A stretch of 64,000 nucleotides of DNA. It comes from the human T2T-CHM13v2.0 reference genome, Homo sapiens. The first letter of the stretch is position 1. Each line of letters opens with the position of its first letter. The translations under genes and the position numbers were made by a program. Shown one piece after another: positions 1 through 20,600 of this stretch. A model generated the notes under the pieces. The model was not told the DNA's origin, did not search any database, and was given only the letters and a program-made list of their open reading frames with translations. Location: the NCBI RefSeq assembly GCF_009914755.1, contig NC_060938.1; one strand, written 5' to 3'.

Positions 1-342
1 GCTGTTCCATCACTCAGTAAAATTATTCTTTGCCCTCCTCACTCTTCAATTGTTAGTGTTTCCTCATTATACTTGGATGCAGGACAGGAACATGGGTACA
101 CACTACAACATAGTTGGGACAAGTGGGCAGGGTGCCTCCAGTGGCAGGCTCAGGGCTGAGCAAGGCCCAGGTGGAGGATGTCACCAGCTGTGGAGGTCCC
201 CGGTTGGCAAAGTGGCCAAGAAAAGTCCTGCATCACTTTCCCATATCTGTACCTGGTCTCTCCATCCAGAATGCCTTCCTTGTTCATTTCTGCCTAATGA
301 AATTTCAGTCACTCCACCAGATGATGTAAAAATTTCACTTGT

Positions 343-723
<381 letters not shown>

Positions 724-1268
724 CTACCTCTAAAGTTCTGAAAAACACTTTTTCTTCAAATGTTTCCCTTCTAATCTTCTTCAACCATCCAAATATTCCA
801 CACCATTTCTAAAAAACGTTAGACCTCAGAATTATGAGTCTGTTTTAGATACAATGTCTATTTACTCCTAAAATACTTTAATTTGTGTTTTTAAGCACAA
901 AAATTCACTTAAATAACCACAGTGCAATGATCAAAGTCAAGAAATTAACATTAAGACAATACTATTCTGTAATTACAGATCTTACTCCTTTTTTTTTTCT
1001 TCAGTTATCCCCATAATGTATTTTGGGTGAAAGAAAATCCAAGCTTATGGGTTGTGTTTCATTGTTTCAGGATTCTCCTTTCTCCTCCCCTTTCTTTTCT
1101 TGACGGAGCTTCACTATGTTACCAGGCTGGAGTGCAGTGGTTATTCACTGGCATGTTAATACTGGACTGAGGCCTCAAACCCCTGGCCTCAGAGGATCCT
1201 CCCTCGGCCTCCCAAATAGCTGGGGTTACAGTCATGTGTCACCAGGTCTGGCTATTTCAGGGTACTTT

Positions 1269-1665
<397 letters not shown>

Positions 1666-2199
1666 TAATGGTGCAGTCACACCTATCTTTTATCCATTTT
1701 TGTTCTTCCTCCATTCCTGAAGCTTCAAGGTTCCTGCTGTTATCACTTTTCTTCTGTTTGAATAACTTCTTTAAGCATTTTCAAAAGAGAAGTTCTCCTG
1801 ACAATGGATTCTCTTAGTTTTCTCTCATTTGAGAAAGTCTTGATTTTTTATTCCTGAAAGATATTTTCAGTAGATAGAGAATTCTGGATTGACAATCCTT
1901 CCTCCCCACTCAACCCTCACCCCTAACACTTTAAAGATGTTGTATAACTTTCTTTTGCCTCTGTGGTTTCTGTTGAGAAATCAGCAGTCATTCAAACTGT
2001 ACCCTTGTATATACAGTGTTGTTTTTCTCTGACCACTTTTAATATTTTATGATCTTGATTTTTGGTAGTTTGATTATGATGTGTTCAGGCATGGTTTTCT
2101 CTATCTTTATCTTGTTTAGGGCTCATTAAGCTTCTTGAATATGTAAACTTACGTCTTCACCAAACTTGAGGCTTTTCCGTCTTTATTTCTTTCCTTTCT

Positions 2200-2493
2200 T
2201 CTTCTTCTTCTTCTTTTTATTTTTATTTTTTATTTTTTTTGAGACAGGGTCTCATTCTGTCACCCAGACTGGAGTGCAGTGGCATGATCTCAGCTCACCT
2301 TAGCCTTGACCTCCCAGGCTGAAGCAACCCTCCCACCTTGGCCTCCAGAGTAGCTGGAACTACAGGTGTGTGCCTCCATGCCTGGCTAATTTTTTTGTAT
2401 TTGTAGAGACAGGGCCTTGCCATGTTGCTCAGTTGGTCTTAAATTCCTGAGCTCAAGCGATCCACCCACCTTGGCCTCCCAAAGTGCTGGGAT
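2200..2493 (-). mobile_element. AluJ
   Basis: Diverged Alu dimer. Confidence 0.8.
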
Positions 2494-2942
2494 TTTTTTC
2501 CCCATACCAGTCTTTTTCTCCTCTCCTTCATGGACACTGATAACATAAATGTTAGACCTTCTGATACTGTCACACAGATCCCTGAGGCAAGATCTTCTTC
2601 TTCTTAAAATACTTTTTCTTCAGGTTGGGTTTCCACTGACTTGCTTTCAAGTTCACTGATTTTTTTCCTGTTCCATATCCATTCAGCAATTGAGTCCTTT
2701 TGGTAGTTTTTAAATTTAAATATTATAGTTTTTAGTTCTAAAATTTCCATTTTGTCCTTTTTAAGTAGCTTCTAGATCTCTGCTTATAATTGATCATTTT
2801 CTACTTATTTCAAAAGTGTTTACCTGTACTGCATGGAGCATGGTTATAATAGCTAGTTTAGAATATTTGATAATTGCATTTGTGGTCCTTTGTTGATGTC
2901 TTTTCTCTTCAGAATTGATTATATTGTCTTGGTTGTTGATAT

Positions 2943-3038
2943 GGTGAATAATATCAGATTGTATCCTGGTGAATAATGGTGAGTAATATCAGATTGTATC
3001 CTGGTAAATATGGTGAATAATATCGGATTGCATCCTGG
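2943..3038. repeat. Imperfect 3-copy tandem repeat, core ggtgaataatatcagattgtatcct
   Basis: Direct reading. Confidence 0.85.
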
Positions 3039-3752
3039 ACATTTTTGATGTTATGTTGGGAGATTCTGGTTCTTGTTTAAAAGTCATCTGGAAAATGCTG
3101 ATTATTTATTTGTTTGTTTTTAGCAGTCAATCACACTGGTTGAGTTCAGGTCACAAGTTATGCCTCACCTTCTGTGTGGGTGGTGGTTTCAATGTCAGTT
3201 CAGTTTTCCAAGCTGTTGCTATGCTATTTGTGTCTTCCTGGTTGGTACCTGTGCCACTCAGGAGCTGCTCTGAAACTAGAGGATGTTTACTTTGTAGTTT
3301 CATTTCAAAGGCTTTGCTGTTTTCTTCAGGTGTGCCCTGGTCATATGCAGCTTCTTCCTGGTGCTAGTTTACATAAAGAATCAGGACTCCCTTTCTCCAG
3401 CCCTCTTCTCATAGAGATGTCCCCCCATGCTTTCCACTCTTAGAGGTCCTTTCCCTTGTTCTCTGGAAAGAAAGTGGAGCTTCTATGAGAATTTTAGCCC
3501 TCTGTGCTATTGTGCTGTTCCCCACAACCAGGGCTGCTCTTGGGCCAAAGAGATGAGAAAAGAGAGAAAAAAATAACAAGGATTTTCCTTCACACTCCTC
3601 ATGTGACAGATGCTTCTTTTCCTAGTTTCTTTATCTAGTGGGTTGAATTTTTCTCTCAGGGTTTTAGAGGTTTGCACTGCTGCAATGGCCACCCACCACT
3701 GTAGTAGTGCAGAGCCATTATTGGAGCTGGCCTTAGAGCTGGGCCGGAACAG

Positions 3753-3803
<51 letters not shown>
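3753..3803. repeat. (GA)n microsatellite
   Basis: Direct reading. Confidence 0.95.
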
Positions 3804-3808
<5 letters not shown>

Positions 3809-4411
3809 ATGTTAATGTAACATCAGCATTTGACAATGACTCATTAATTGATTTTTATCAAATCCTTATTTCTTCCCATGCCTCACAGGCAGCACATGTC
3901 ATTATATGAATAAGCAAAAATGAGTTGTTGCTTTCATGGGATGATTTGGGAAAGACTGATTCTGGTTTTCAATTCCTTTGGATCTTGAAAGCCTTTGAAA
4001 TATTTAAGACAATGATTACAGTTCAAACAGCCAAAAGGAGGATAATCAGACTAGAAACTAAAAAGTTACAGAAATATGTTCTTTGGAGAAGTAGAGGTGA
4101 GAGGAAGAGCATTAAAAGTCAGAAAACTGGGCTCAACAAGGAAGGTGGAGAAGGAACAAAAACAAAGACAGCCACGTATTATTACATGTATTATTAAAAT
4201 TCTGGCAGCATCAATCAGTCCTGGCACCCATGATGCACCCTGGCTTTGTCACTACTGACAGGGTCAATGCTACCCTTCAGGATCCCCTGTCTTTAAGCCT
4301 TGTCCATCACACAAATTCTGCCAATTTTTTCTCTTCGGTGTCTCTTGAATTGGTTTTGTCATGTTTTTTCCCCAGCCATCACCCCTCTGATGCCAAGTGC
4401 ATCCATTTTAC

Positions 4412-4486
4412 CTGAAATTCTTCAATTAAGTTACAAAAAGTTACTCCTGAAATGACGGTCACTCTAAAGTGGAAAAGTTCAGAGCC
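4412..4486 (-). CDS. CATSPERB: CATSPERB coding exon (GSELFHFRVTVISGVTFCNLIEEFQ), probably penultimate
   Basis: Acceptor ccacag|GGC, donor CAG|gtaaaa; 75 nt. Confidence 0.92.
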
Positions 4487-4684
4487 CTGTGGAAAAAAGC
4501 ACACCCAGTTGTTAGCAGCATCAACATGTACATTCCTTTAAGTATTAATAAAAATATACCCTGGGGCCACTGTCCCTATAGATGCTGCATGAAAAGATTC
4601 CCATCCTCTTCCTAAGGCTCTCGGACATACACATCATGCATCAAAATAAAAAGATGGATTGAAGTGGAGGGATTCAATAGCTGA

Positions 4685-4720
<36 letters not shown>

Positions 4721-5187
4721 GAGGAGACAAAAACTAAAAACTAAACCTGGCCTTGATAAATACTTTGGGCTAATCCTCGTATTTGTGGCTTCAAGATGTT
4801 CCCTAATTCTGATTGGTTTTCACAATTATCTGTATTATACCAACTTCATGTATTTTTATGGGCAGCTGGAACCAGAAGATGTGCTCGTCCATATCCAGGT
4901 GAATAATACTGAGCCCATTTCTTCCCTTTCACTTTCGGAAACACTCTTTCTTCTCCACTTTGCTAGATAATATGGCTTGCCTATCTGCTCAAAACTTTGG
5001 AAATAATAACACCAAGGGAAATGGAGAAAAAAATAAACCCTCTTCATATACTTTAAAGGTATATACTTTAAAGATGTTATTCCCACCATTCCTGGTTACC
5101 TATACTTTAGAATTAAAACCAATCTTAGTTTAGACATACATGTTTTATCTAAACTCAACACAGTAAAAACAACAATGCCATCATTAC

Positions 5188-5288
5188 CTTTATGCTTAAG
5201 TTGAGACCTGAAGGATTATACACTGCAGCACCAAGAATTGGTTCTACTAATTGTTTCATTCTTTTAATATTTTCTGGCACAGTGTGTT
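5188..5288 (-). CDS. CATSPERB: CATSPERB coding exon (KHTVPENIKRM...NLSIK)
   Basis: Acceptor tttttag|AAC, donor AAG|gtaatg; 101 nt. Confidence 0.92.
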
Positions 5289-5339
5289 CTAAAAATACAT
5301 AAAACATATTTTAAGCACACTTATTTTTCTCATTTTGTA

Positions 5340-5386
5340 TTAGGTTGGTGCAAAAGTAATTGCTGTTTTTGCCATTACTTTTAATT
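5340..5386 (+). mobile_element. MADE1 (Hsmar1 MITE) fragment
   Basis: TTAGGTTGGTGCAAAAGTAATTGC mariner TIR. Confidence 0.8.
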
Positions 5387-6743
5387 TACTATTACTATTT
5401 CATTTGCAATTACTAATATAAAATTTGTCATGCACATTAAGGTACAATGAAAGATTTCACTCCATAACATGACCAAGTTATCCCATACTTTTAGTTCTGC
5501 TTGACTTTGTAGACGATGTATTTAGGGGAGTTAGGCCCAATATCTCACATTGCCTTCAAGGGCATCCTCAAGAAGTTCAAGACTTCTGATCAGCTTCATG
5601 CTGACCTTTTCCTTCCAGCCCCATGCTCAGGATCAGTCCTGACCTGCACGTGCTTCGTGTTTTTGGCAGTAAGGTCATCTCAGGACCTCCTTAGTGATAG
5701 GTAAACGATTTATAATAAGGTGGCAGTAAAGTTTTACAATGAGATTACTTGACTATTTTCCTGCCTTTCTTGTCATCCTTTCTAAAACTAGATAGCTAGT
5801 GTAGGGGTTAGACGTTGCAGTGGTATAAAGGTACACAGAATCTAAAGGAAAAGAAACAGCTGTGATTGTAATTTCCAATTTCCATAGTGTAAATACTCTC
5901 ACCCTGACTAATTTCAAGCTACAAATGGTTTAACATCTAGCTTGTAAAATGTTTAAATGTTTAATGATCAGGACTCTAAAACTGGTAAGAACAGTTTCCA
6001 GCATACCACAGAAAATGGGGATGTCAGTTAATGCAAAATATTTAGTAGCTTTATTTTGCTGGATTTTTCATTTCAAAAATGCATATATGTTGGCCAGAGT
6101 AAGACTCACTGAATACCAAGTGCCTGGATATTTAGTAACATATTAATGGCTGACCAAAATTTCTGTTTAGTTAATTATTTCTATCTACCTACATATCTCC
6201 TTAGAGTATTCATACGTGAACACAAAATGTGCAACAAAAAGTTACATATCTGAGGTAAAGTGAATAGGGGTAAACATCTTATTTAAACTATTTCTGCATC
6301 TTTTCAATTATTTTACCATAAAACCTTTAAGAAACCTTTAAGAAACTCGTATAATTAGAAGACAGATCCTAAAGATTATCTGGCCCCACCTTTTACAACC
6401 TCCTCTGTCACACTGAATGGGCAGAGAAAGGAGATGCCAGACCACCATGCAGCACAAATTCAGTCAGTCATTGTTGTTATTGATCCACAAAATGACCTTC
6501 AATTTTTTTGCAGTGTAAATTATTCAAAAATGCTTTTACCCTAGAATCCAGGCCACTGGGAGTGATGATGAAATAAGTAGGAAACAATAGAAGTAAACAG
6601 CAATATGCCAACTGATCCAAATCCATTTGCAAGAACTCCTGGCTCTCTTTTGTGTGAACAGGCTTTGAAAACCATTGATCTTTGTAAACCAGTAACAATA
6701 TTACTTATCAGATAAAATAATTACAGATGAAAGCAAACCCTAC

Positions 6744-6879
6744 TCAGTTTCCAGTTGTGCCTCATGTTCACTTCAGTCACAGTAACCAGATATGGAGATT
6801 GCAATGGGACACGTCCATCCTCGTTGATAATTTCCAAAGAAACTGGATATTGTGTAATTGGAAACTTAAAGCGAGGAAC
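6744..6879 (-). CDS. CATSPERB: CATSPERB coding exon (VPRFKFPITQ...RHNWKL)
   Basis: Acceptor ttttag|GTT, donor TGA|gtaggg; 136 nt, translated by hand. Confidence 0.92.
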
Positions 6880-7448
6880 CTAAAATACAAATTCCAAGAA
6901 TGAATGTAAACTTGGGAAAGTCAATAGTCACTTCATTTCCTGGTAAAAAACGAAAAGATATATTGCCAATAGTTTGGCTGTTCAATGACATGTGCTCCTG
7001 AGGGGTTTCTGCCTTTTCAGTCATGAAAATGTCTTAGAGCAGAATCAATGTGAACTCCAAAGGCAGTATATACATTGTGGTAACAAAACTCATCACTTCT
7101 ATAGGCCCTTTTCACAGGAATTTACTATGATGTCACTCAAACTTTTTTTGGCTAAATCATATCCCAGGAGGCTGTGCATAGATTGCTCACCCTCCTTTTG
7201 CCACTCTTTCAGCCAGTCAGTCTTGCGGGCACAATCTGTAAACTTGGGCTCTGGCGTCAGAACTCAAAGCCAGCCCCAATGCATGTTAATAATGCGATCT
7301 TTGACAAATTGCCTGACTTCTCTGTGGCTCGAATTAAATGAGATAAATCACGGAGAAGGCTTAGAGTAGCATTTAGTAGATAGTAAGTGCTCATGAAACA
7401 TTATTTTGGTTCAGCAAGGGGGTATATAAAAACAGCCCTCATAATTTA

Positions 7449-8563
<1,115 letters not shown>

Positions 8564-9101
8564 CCCAACTGCGTATTTGACTCTTCTAATGCAAATTTTG
8601 ATACTAACAGAATAAAACATTATTTGACACAGAAGCCTTCTCTTAACCAACATATTACACCGTCTTTCATTTGTGACTGTCAGCAGGCTGAGCTTGATTA
8701 CAATGACTTTGCCTTCTATATTCCAAGAACCTGATACTAGATACTCAAAGTTATTTTAAATGAATCAATATTTACCATAACCTGGTATATGTTTTACAGA
8801 CTACAAGTTGCTTTCGTATACACAGGGGTGTGTGTGGGTGTGGGTGTGTGTGCGTCTTTATACAAATGCTGTGGAATGGACAAGGTAGTGCAGGTATTAT
8901 TGTTTTATTTTACCGATGAGGTTCATTAACTTGCAAGGTACATTTAAATCTGGATCTTTCTAGCTCGGTGTCATATTTAGCTCTGCATCATAATAAGACA
9001 TTATTTCTATGTCTTAGTTTTCATGTTTAACCTAAAGGCACATTTCAAAATCTTGTTAATAAGAAAGTATCCTGTATTCAGGTAATTAGAAATGATCTTA
9101 C

Positions 9102-9212
9102 TTTTTCCCTGCAATCCGAGAAAGCAACAGCATGTGAAAACTTCTGATCCTTTGTGCAGTTACACTCCTCCCGAGTGGAAACATTAGCACACTGTTTGAA
9201 TTTACCGGTTTT
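9102..9212 (-). CDS. CATSPERB: CATSPERB coding exon (KTGKFKQCANV...SDCREK)
   Basis: Within ORF 9078..9269(-); acceptor ttgcag|AAA, donor AAA|gtaaga; 111 nt, Cys-rich. Confidence 0.94.
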
Positions 9213-9920
9213 CTGCAAATAGAAGTAACAGATGTTGACTTGTTTTTCTGCGTTGCGGGATTTCTGCAAACTGATAAATATCTAATAAATATTTATTCCC
9301 TGAAGAAGTGGAATTCCTGAGAAGTTAAAAGGGGAAAGCAATTCATTAATAATAAAGTAAGAATAGAAGTACAGTATTTCTGAATTTTAGTTGCCCCCTT
9401 GCTTGGTAATTTGAACCCAAGTATTACTCAGCCGCTTGCCGTTCACCTCGTGCAGTTGCATGGGACCTAGAAAGCCTGTGTCATTCTGAATTCTGCATCC
9501 CAGGACTACCAAACTAACTGCTCTTGGCCCCTGCCAGTGCAGGGATCCAGACGGAAACATAAAATGAGTGGCCTTGATAATGTGGGGCTGCACACTCTCC
9601 AAACCTACTATTTCATACTTGTCTTTCTTCATAGCATATGTTGATATTTTAAATCTCCACTATATCTGCCCATTTGTCATTCATTTATACTTGATCTCTC
9701 TTGCCATTCATTTATTTTATTATTATTATTTTTAGAGATAGTGTCTTGCTGTGTTGCCCAGGCTTTAGTGCAGGGGCTCAATCATAGCTCACTGCAGTCT
9801 TGAACTCCTGGACTCAAGCAATCCTCCCATCTCATCCTCCCTAGTATTATAGTTGGGACTACAGGCACACACCACCACACTTGGCTGATTGAAAAAAAAA
9901 TTTTTTGGTAGAGAGTCTAT

Positions 9921-11869
9921 CCTGACTATGCAATAGAAAAGAAAAACCCATTTTCTGGGGAGAAATTCAAGCCAGTTGCAGAAATTTGCAAGTAGCAAGG
10001 AGCCTACTGTTAATCCTCAAGACTATGGTGAAAATGTCTCCAGACCATGTCAGAGACCTTCATGGCAGCCCCTCCCATCAAAGGCCCAGAGGCCCAGGAG
10101 GAAAAAGTGGTTTTGTTGGCCGGGCACAGGGTCCCCATGCTGTGTGTAGCTTAGGGACTTGGTGCCCTGTGTCCCAGCTGCTCCAGCTGTGGCTGAAAGG
10201 GGCCAACGCACAGCTCAGGGTGTGGCTTCAGAGGGTGGAGGTCCCAAGCCTTGACAGCTTCCACGTGGTGTTGAGCCTGTGGGTGCACAGAAGTCAAGAA
10301 CTGAGGTTTGGGAACCTCTGCCTAGATTTCAGATGTATGGAAACACCTGGATGCCCAGGCAAAAGTTTTCTGCAGGGGTGGGGCCTTTATGGAGAACCTC
10401 TGCTAGGGCAGTGCAGAAGGGAAATGTGGGGTGGGAGCTCCCACACAGAGTCCCTACTGGGGCACTGCCTAGTGGAGCTGTGAGAAGAGGGCCACTGTCC
10501 TCCAGACCCCAGAATGGTAAATCCACTGACAGCTTGCACCTGGTGCCTGGAAAAGCTGCAGACACTCAACATCAGCCCGTGAAAGCAGCCAGGATGGAGG
10601 CTGTACCCTGCAAAGCCACAGGGGTGGAGCTGCCCAAAACCATGAGAACCCACCTCTTGCATCAGCATGACCTGGAGTCAAAGGAGATCATTTTAGAGTT
10701 TTAAAATTTGACTGCCCTGCTGGATTTTGGACCTGCATGGATCCTATAACCCCTTGGTTTTGGCAAATTTCTCCCATTTGGAATGGCTGTATTTACCCAA
10801 TACCTGTAACCCTATTGTATCTAGGAAGTAACTAGCTTCTTTTTTATTTTACAGGCTCATAGGTGGAAGGGACTTGCCTTGTCTCACATGAGACTTTGTA
10901 ATGTGGACTTTTGGGTTAATGCTGAAATGAGTTAAGACTTTAGGGAAGTGTTGGGAAGGGATGATTGGTTTTAAAATGTGAGGACATGAGATCTGGAGGG
11001 GCCAGGGGCAGAATGATATGGTTTGGCTGTGTTCCCATTCAAATCTCAACTTGAATTGCATCTTCCAGAATTCCCGCATGTTGTGGAAGGGACCCAGGGG
11101 GAAGTCATTGAATCATGGGCGCTGCTGGTCTTTCCCATGCTATTCTCATGATAGTGAATAAGTCTCACAAGATCTGATGGGCTTATCAGGAGTTTCCACT
11201 TTTGCTTTCTCCTCATTTTCTCTTGCTGCTGCCATGTAAGAAGTGCCTTTTGCATTATTCACAATAGCAAAGGCTTGGAACCAACCTAAATGTCCAACAG
11301 CGATAGACTGGATTAAGAAAATGTGGCACATATATACCATGGAATACTATGCAGCCATAAAAAATGATGAGTTCAGGTCCTTTGCAGGGACATGGATGAA
11401 ACTGGAAACCATCATTCTCAGCAAACTATCACAAGGACAAAAAACCAAACACCGCATGTTCTCACTCAAAGGTGGGAATTGAACAATGAGAACACATGGA
11501 CACAGGAAGGGGAACATCACACACCAGGGACTGTTGTGGGGTGGGGGGATGGGGGAGGGATAGCATTAGGAGATATACCTAATGCTAAATGACGAGTTAA
11601 TGGGTGCAGCACACCAACATGGCACATGTATACATATGTGACAAACCTGCACGTTGTGCACATGTACCCTAAAACTTAAAGTATAATAATAATAAAAGAA
11701 AAAAAAAAAAAGAAGTGCCTTTTGAACTCTGCCATGATTCTGAGGCCTCCCCAGCCATGTGGAACTGTAAGTCCAATTAAACCTCTTTCTTTTGTAAATT
11801 GTAAATTCTTTTGTAAATTGCCCAGTCTTGGGTATGTCTTTATCAGCAGTGTAAAAATGGACTAATACA
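9921..11869 (+). mobile_element. THE1 MaLR: 3' part of internal region (9921-11013) plus 3' LTR (11014-11869)
   Basis: Polypurine tract ggggccaggggcagaa, then TGATATGGTTTGGCTGTG...ACTAATACA; ORFs at 9986-10704 are typical THE1-int frames. Confidence 0.88.
11253..11709 (+). mobile_element. 5'-truncated L1PA 3' end inserted in the THE1 LTR
   Basis: ORF2 C-terminus (ALFTIAKAWNQPKCP...GGN), 3'UTR and poly(A); 15-bp TSD aagaagtgccttttg at 11238-11252 and 11710-11724. Confidence 0.93.
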
Positions 11870-17196
<5,327 letters not shown>

Positions 17197-17622
17197 CCAC
17201 TGAATGGATATAGCACATTTTGTTTATCCATTCATCAGTTAATGCGCATCTGATTGTTTCCACTTTCTGGCTGTTATGAATAATGCTGCTATGAAGTTTT
17301 TGTCTGAACATATGTTTTCAATTCTTTTGGATATATCTAGGAGTGAAATGGCTGGCTCATACAGTAATTCTATGTTTAACTTTTTGAAGAAGCACCAAAC
17401 TGATATCCATAACAGCTGCACCATTTTGCATTCCTGCCAGCAATGCATGAGAGTTCCAGATTCTCCACATTCTCGCCAACAATTATTTTCATTAAAAAAG
17501 CAATTATTATAGCTATTCTAATGACTGTGAAGGGATATCTCAAGTGATTTTGATTTGTATATCTCTAATGACTAAGACGTTGAGTATCTTTTCACGGGCT
17601 TGTTGGCTGTTTATATATCTTC

Positions 17623-20600
17623 TGTATTAGTCCATTCTCATACTGCTATAAAGAAATACCTGAGACTGGGTAATTTATAAAGAAAAGAGGTTTGGGTTTG
17701 TTTGTTTTTGTTCTGTAAGAATTTAATGTGTAAACATACAGAAAAGTAAGCATTATAGCAACCAAACAGTTTTGCTCACGATAGCAATTTTAAAGACACT
17801 TCAACACATACTTTTATGTAAGAGGCTAATTCTGCAAAATAACATTCACTTTCCTATGGAATAATTTCACTGTCTCAGATTTTAAGCCAGAAAAATGAGA
17901 TTCATGCTGGTAAAGCAACCTGCAAATCCTGCATGTTCTCACAAATAGTATACTTTAACATGGTAAAAAGATCTTCCAAAGGGAGGAAAGAAGGCTCTTA
18001 AAGGGGATGGCTGGTGCCTCCCAGAGTAAATCCTTGCCCCAAGGGGCTGCCCTGCTATCTTCAAGACTAAAATGGTCATCACAAATTCAAAGCTAAAAAA
18101 AGAAATAACTTTTACCTTCGGTGTATTTGCCTGTTTCAAGTGGTTATCTGCAGATTTATGATAAGTCAGTAAACAGAACAATATTGATAAGATTTCTGAG
18201 AACTAAATGGTATTTGGCTCTGGTACGAAGGAGTTGAGAGAATACAACACCTATGTTAATTATCAGCTGCAAATGACAACTTTATGTGAGGTTTCTACTC
18301 TAAGGCTTACTTTATTCATGTATTCCATTTAGAATCTTAAAATTTTTTGATACTTCCTTTAAACAAGAAGTAATTCACAAATGCTTAACATAGCACTAAA
18401 TTAATAAAATAGGTCCTCACACCCATCTTGAATTACTAAAGAAAGTATTGCCATTGAAAGTGATCTTTTTCCTGAGAAAGTTATGTTGCAAAATGGCACA
18501 AGACAATACACTTTTTCTCTAATTTTCCACAGGAATACAAGATAGGAAAATCAGATTACAATATATTTTGTGAGGAAAACATGTTTCTTAAAATTGTGTT
18601 TTCAGTTACTCTCCAAACAACATATTTTTAGAGGGTGAGAGCCAAATGTAAATTAAGAAGTGATCTTTATGGCAAGAGAATGAATATATATGGTAAATTT
18701 TGGTTGGTGTTTACACAATTTTTGTAGGAAATTGTTTACGAGTGGAGAAACTAAGGCACAGAAACAACCAAGCTCAGGTTCAAGGTTGAGTTTAATAGTA
18801 CAGGTAGAAATAGAATCTAGGGATCTGATTCTCACATTAGAGGATAATAATATCTTCCTAAAGGGGAAAAATAAATTTTTTTTGGTAGATCACATTGATA
18901 AATCATTTTTGAAATACATAATATGAATTTCCTTGAAGATCTTTGGCATTTGTGAGAGTATTTGTAGGTTGAGGTTTTTAGGTATTTTTTCCCCAAAAAT
19001 ATATAAAGTTAGGGGAGCTAGCTCTAAACAACAAAAAAATTAATCTTAATTTCAAAATGACCTGAGTTCATTTTGCATTTTTATATAAATCAATAGTACA
19101 GCTTGCATACATAAAAGGCCACCACACTTCACTTCATAGAGTTCACACACATGCATTCTACAGTGATATTTATATGATCAGAACTTATTTCACACTTACA
19201 TAAAGTATAAAATTAAATGTCTTAGTCAAATTTTTCATAAGCCCAACTACTTGAAGATGTCAAAGTTATTACAGTGGGATGATTAATTCATATATCATAC
19301 AGTATTAGGTTAGTCCCAAATTCAAGTATTTATAATATTCACCTCATGTGAAAGTTTCTTTGTACTGGCTAAGCTGTGAGCTGTGAAATTTATATTGCTT
19401 AGCTTGGTATTTTTCCCTGTGTGTATGTTTTCCATCACAAAACCTCTATCTCACAATTCTGTACTTGTAAGAGGTCAGGTAGGTTTATGTAGTCATAATG
19501 CAGTAGTCTAGAACATACCATGTAAAAATAAAAAATAAAATTATTTTCAAGTTTGTTTTTAAAGTGCTCCATGTGCTGTATTATATCAACTTTCAAATTC
19601 TAGAAATCCATTATGACTAGCAATAGTCTTAGAAAAGATCAGCAGTTAAGCAAGAATGTATGTATACATAGATTAAGGGAGCAAAAATTATTTAGGCACA
19701 TTCATATTCAAATAATACAAAAAAATCCACGAGAGTACATAAGAGAGATGGCAGAAGGGTTTAGAAGGAATGTCAGAGTGTCAGGGACTAATTTGTAAGG
19801 TAACTAGAATGTAAACTCAAAGTGGTTTTGAATATTTTGGTAACAAATATTTGTACAAAAAAAAACAAAAATAAAAATACTTATTCCTTATCAGAAATAA
19901 AATATAAAACAAATCTGTCCAAATGTTCAGAAGCTGCATCATAAAAACATTTTTTGAAAAATTTCATGCCTACTAGGTTGCTTCATCCATGTTGTCATCA
20001 CTGTCTGCACCAAAATCATCTCCATCTTCAAAGTATGAATTAATGTAGTCATTTCCCTCTTCTTGCTCTTCTTCATCATATCCCTCCTGTTCTGCAGCAT
20101 CATTGTCATCATCATCATCACCTTCTCTACTTTTCTCTTTGCTTCCTTCTTTCTCTTCTTTTCTCATCTGATTTTTCATCATCACCTCTCTTTTCCAATT
20201 CCTCAATTTTTTTCAACACATCTGCAGTATTAGTGAGTGATGTGCCTTTGCCTGTGTCTTTTGCCTTTTTGGGTTTTGGGCCTGCTTTTTTACATTTATT
20301 TCTTGGCATCATCTCTCTTGGAAGTCTTCTCCAATCTGGTATCCACTCTTCCTTGTATACCTTCATGTATCTTTTACTATACCTTTCAATATCTTGTCTT
20401 TCTTCATGAGGGTGTTTCAATAAAATAGGGCATTCTTTTCATTGTTTCTCTCAACTCCTGTTTCAAAGCCAGCATATATTATTCACCTTCTCCTGTCTTC
20501 AGTGGCACTGGTTTATAATCTGTATCAGGAAATAGTGGGGGTGGTTTCAACACTACATCAGGTAACTTTTTACCTTTGCTAAATCCAACAGCCTCAATAT

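Noticed and set aside
9986-10704. Overlapping 141-165 aa ORFs as a novel gene
   Set aside because: They lie in the THE1 internal sequence and are common repeat-derived frames with no splice or promoter support.
19939-20428. Functional POLR3G retrogene
   Set aside because: Stop at codon 7, another at codon 55, and two frameshifts.
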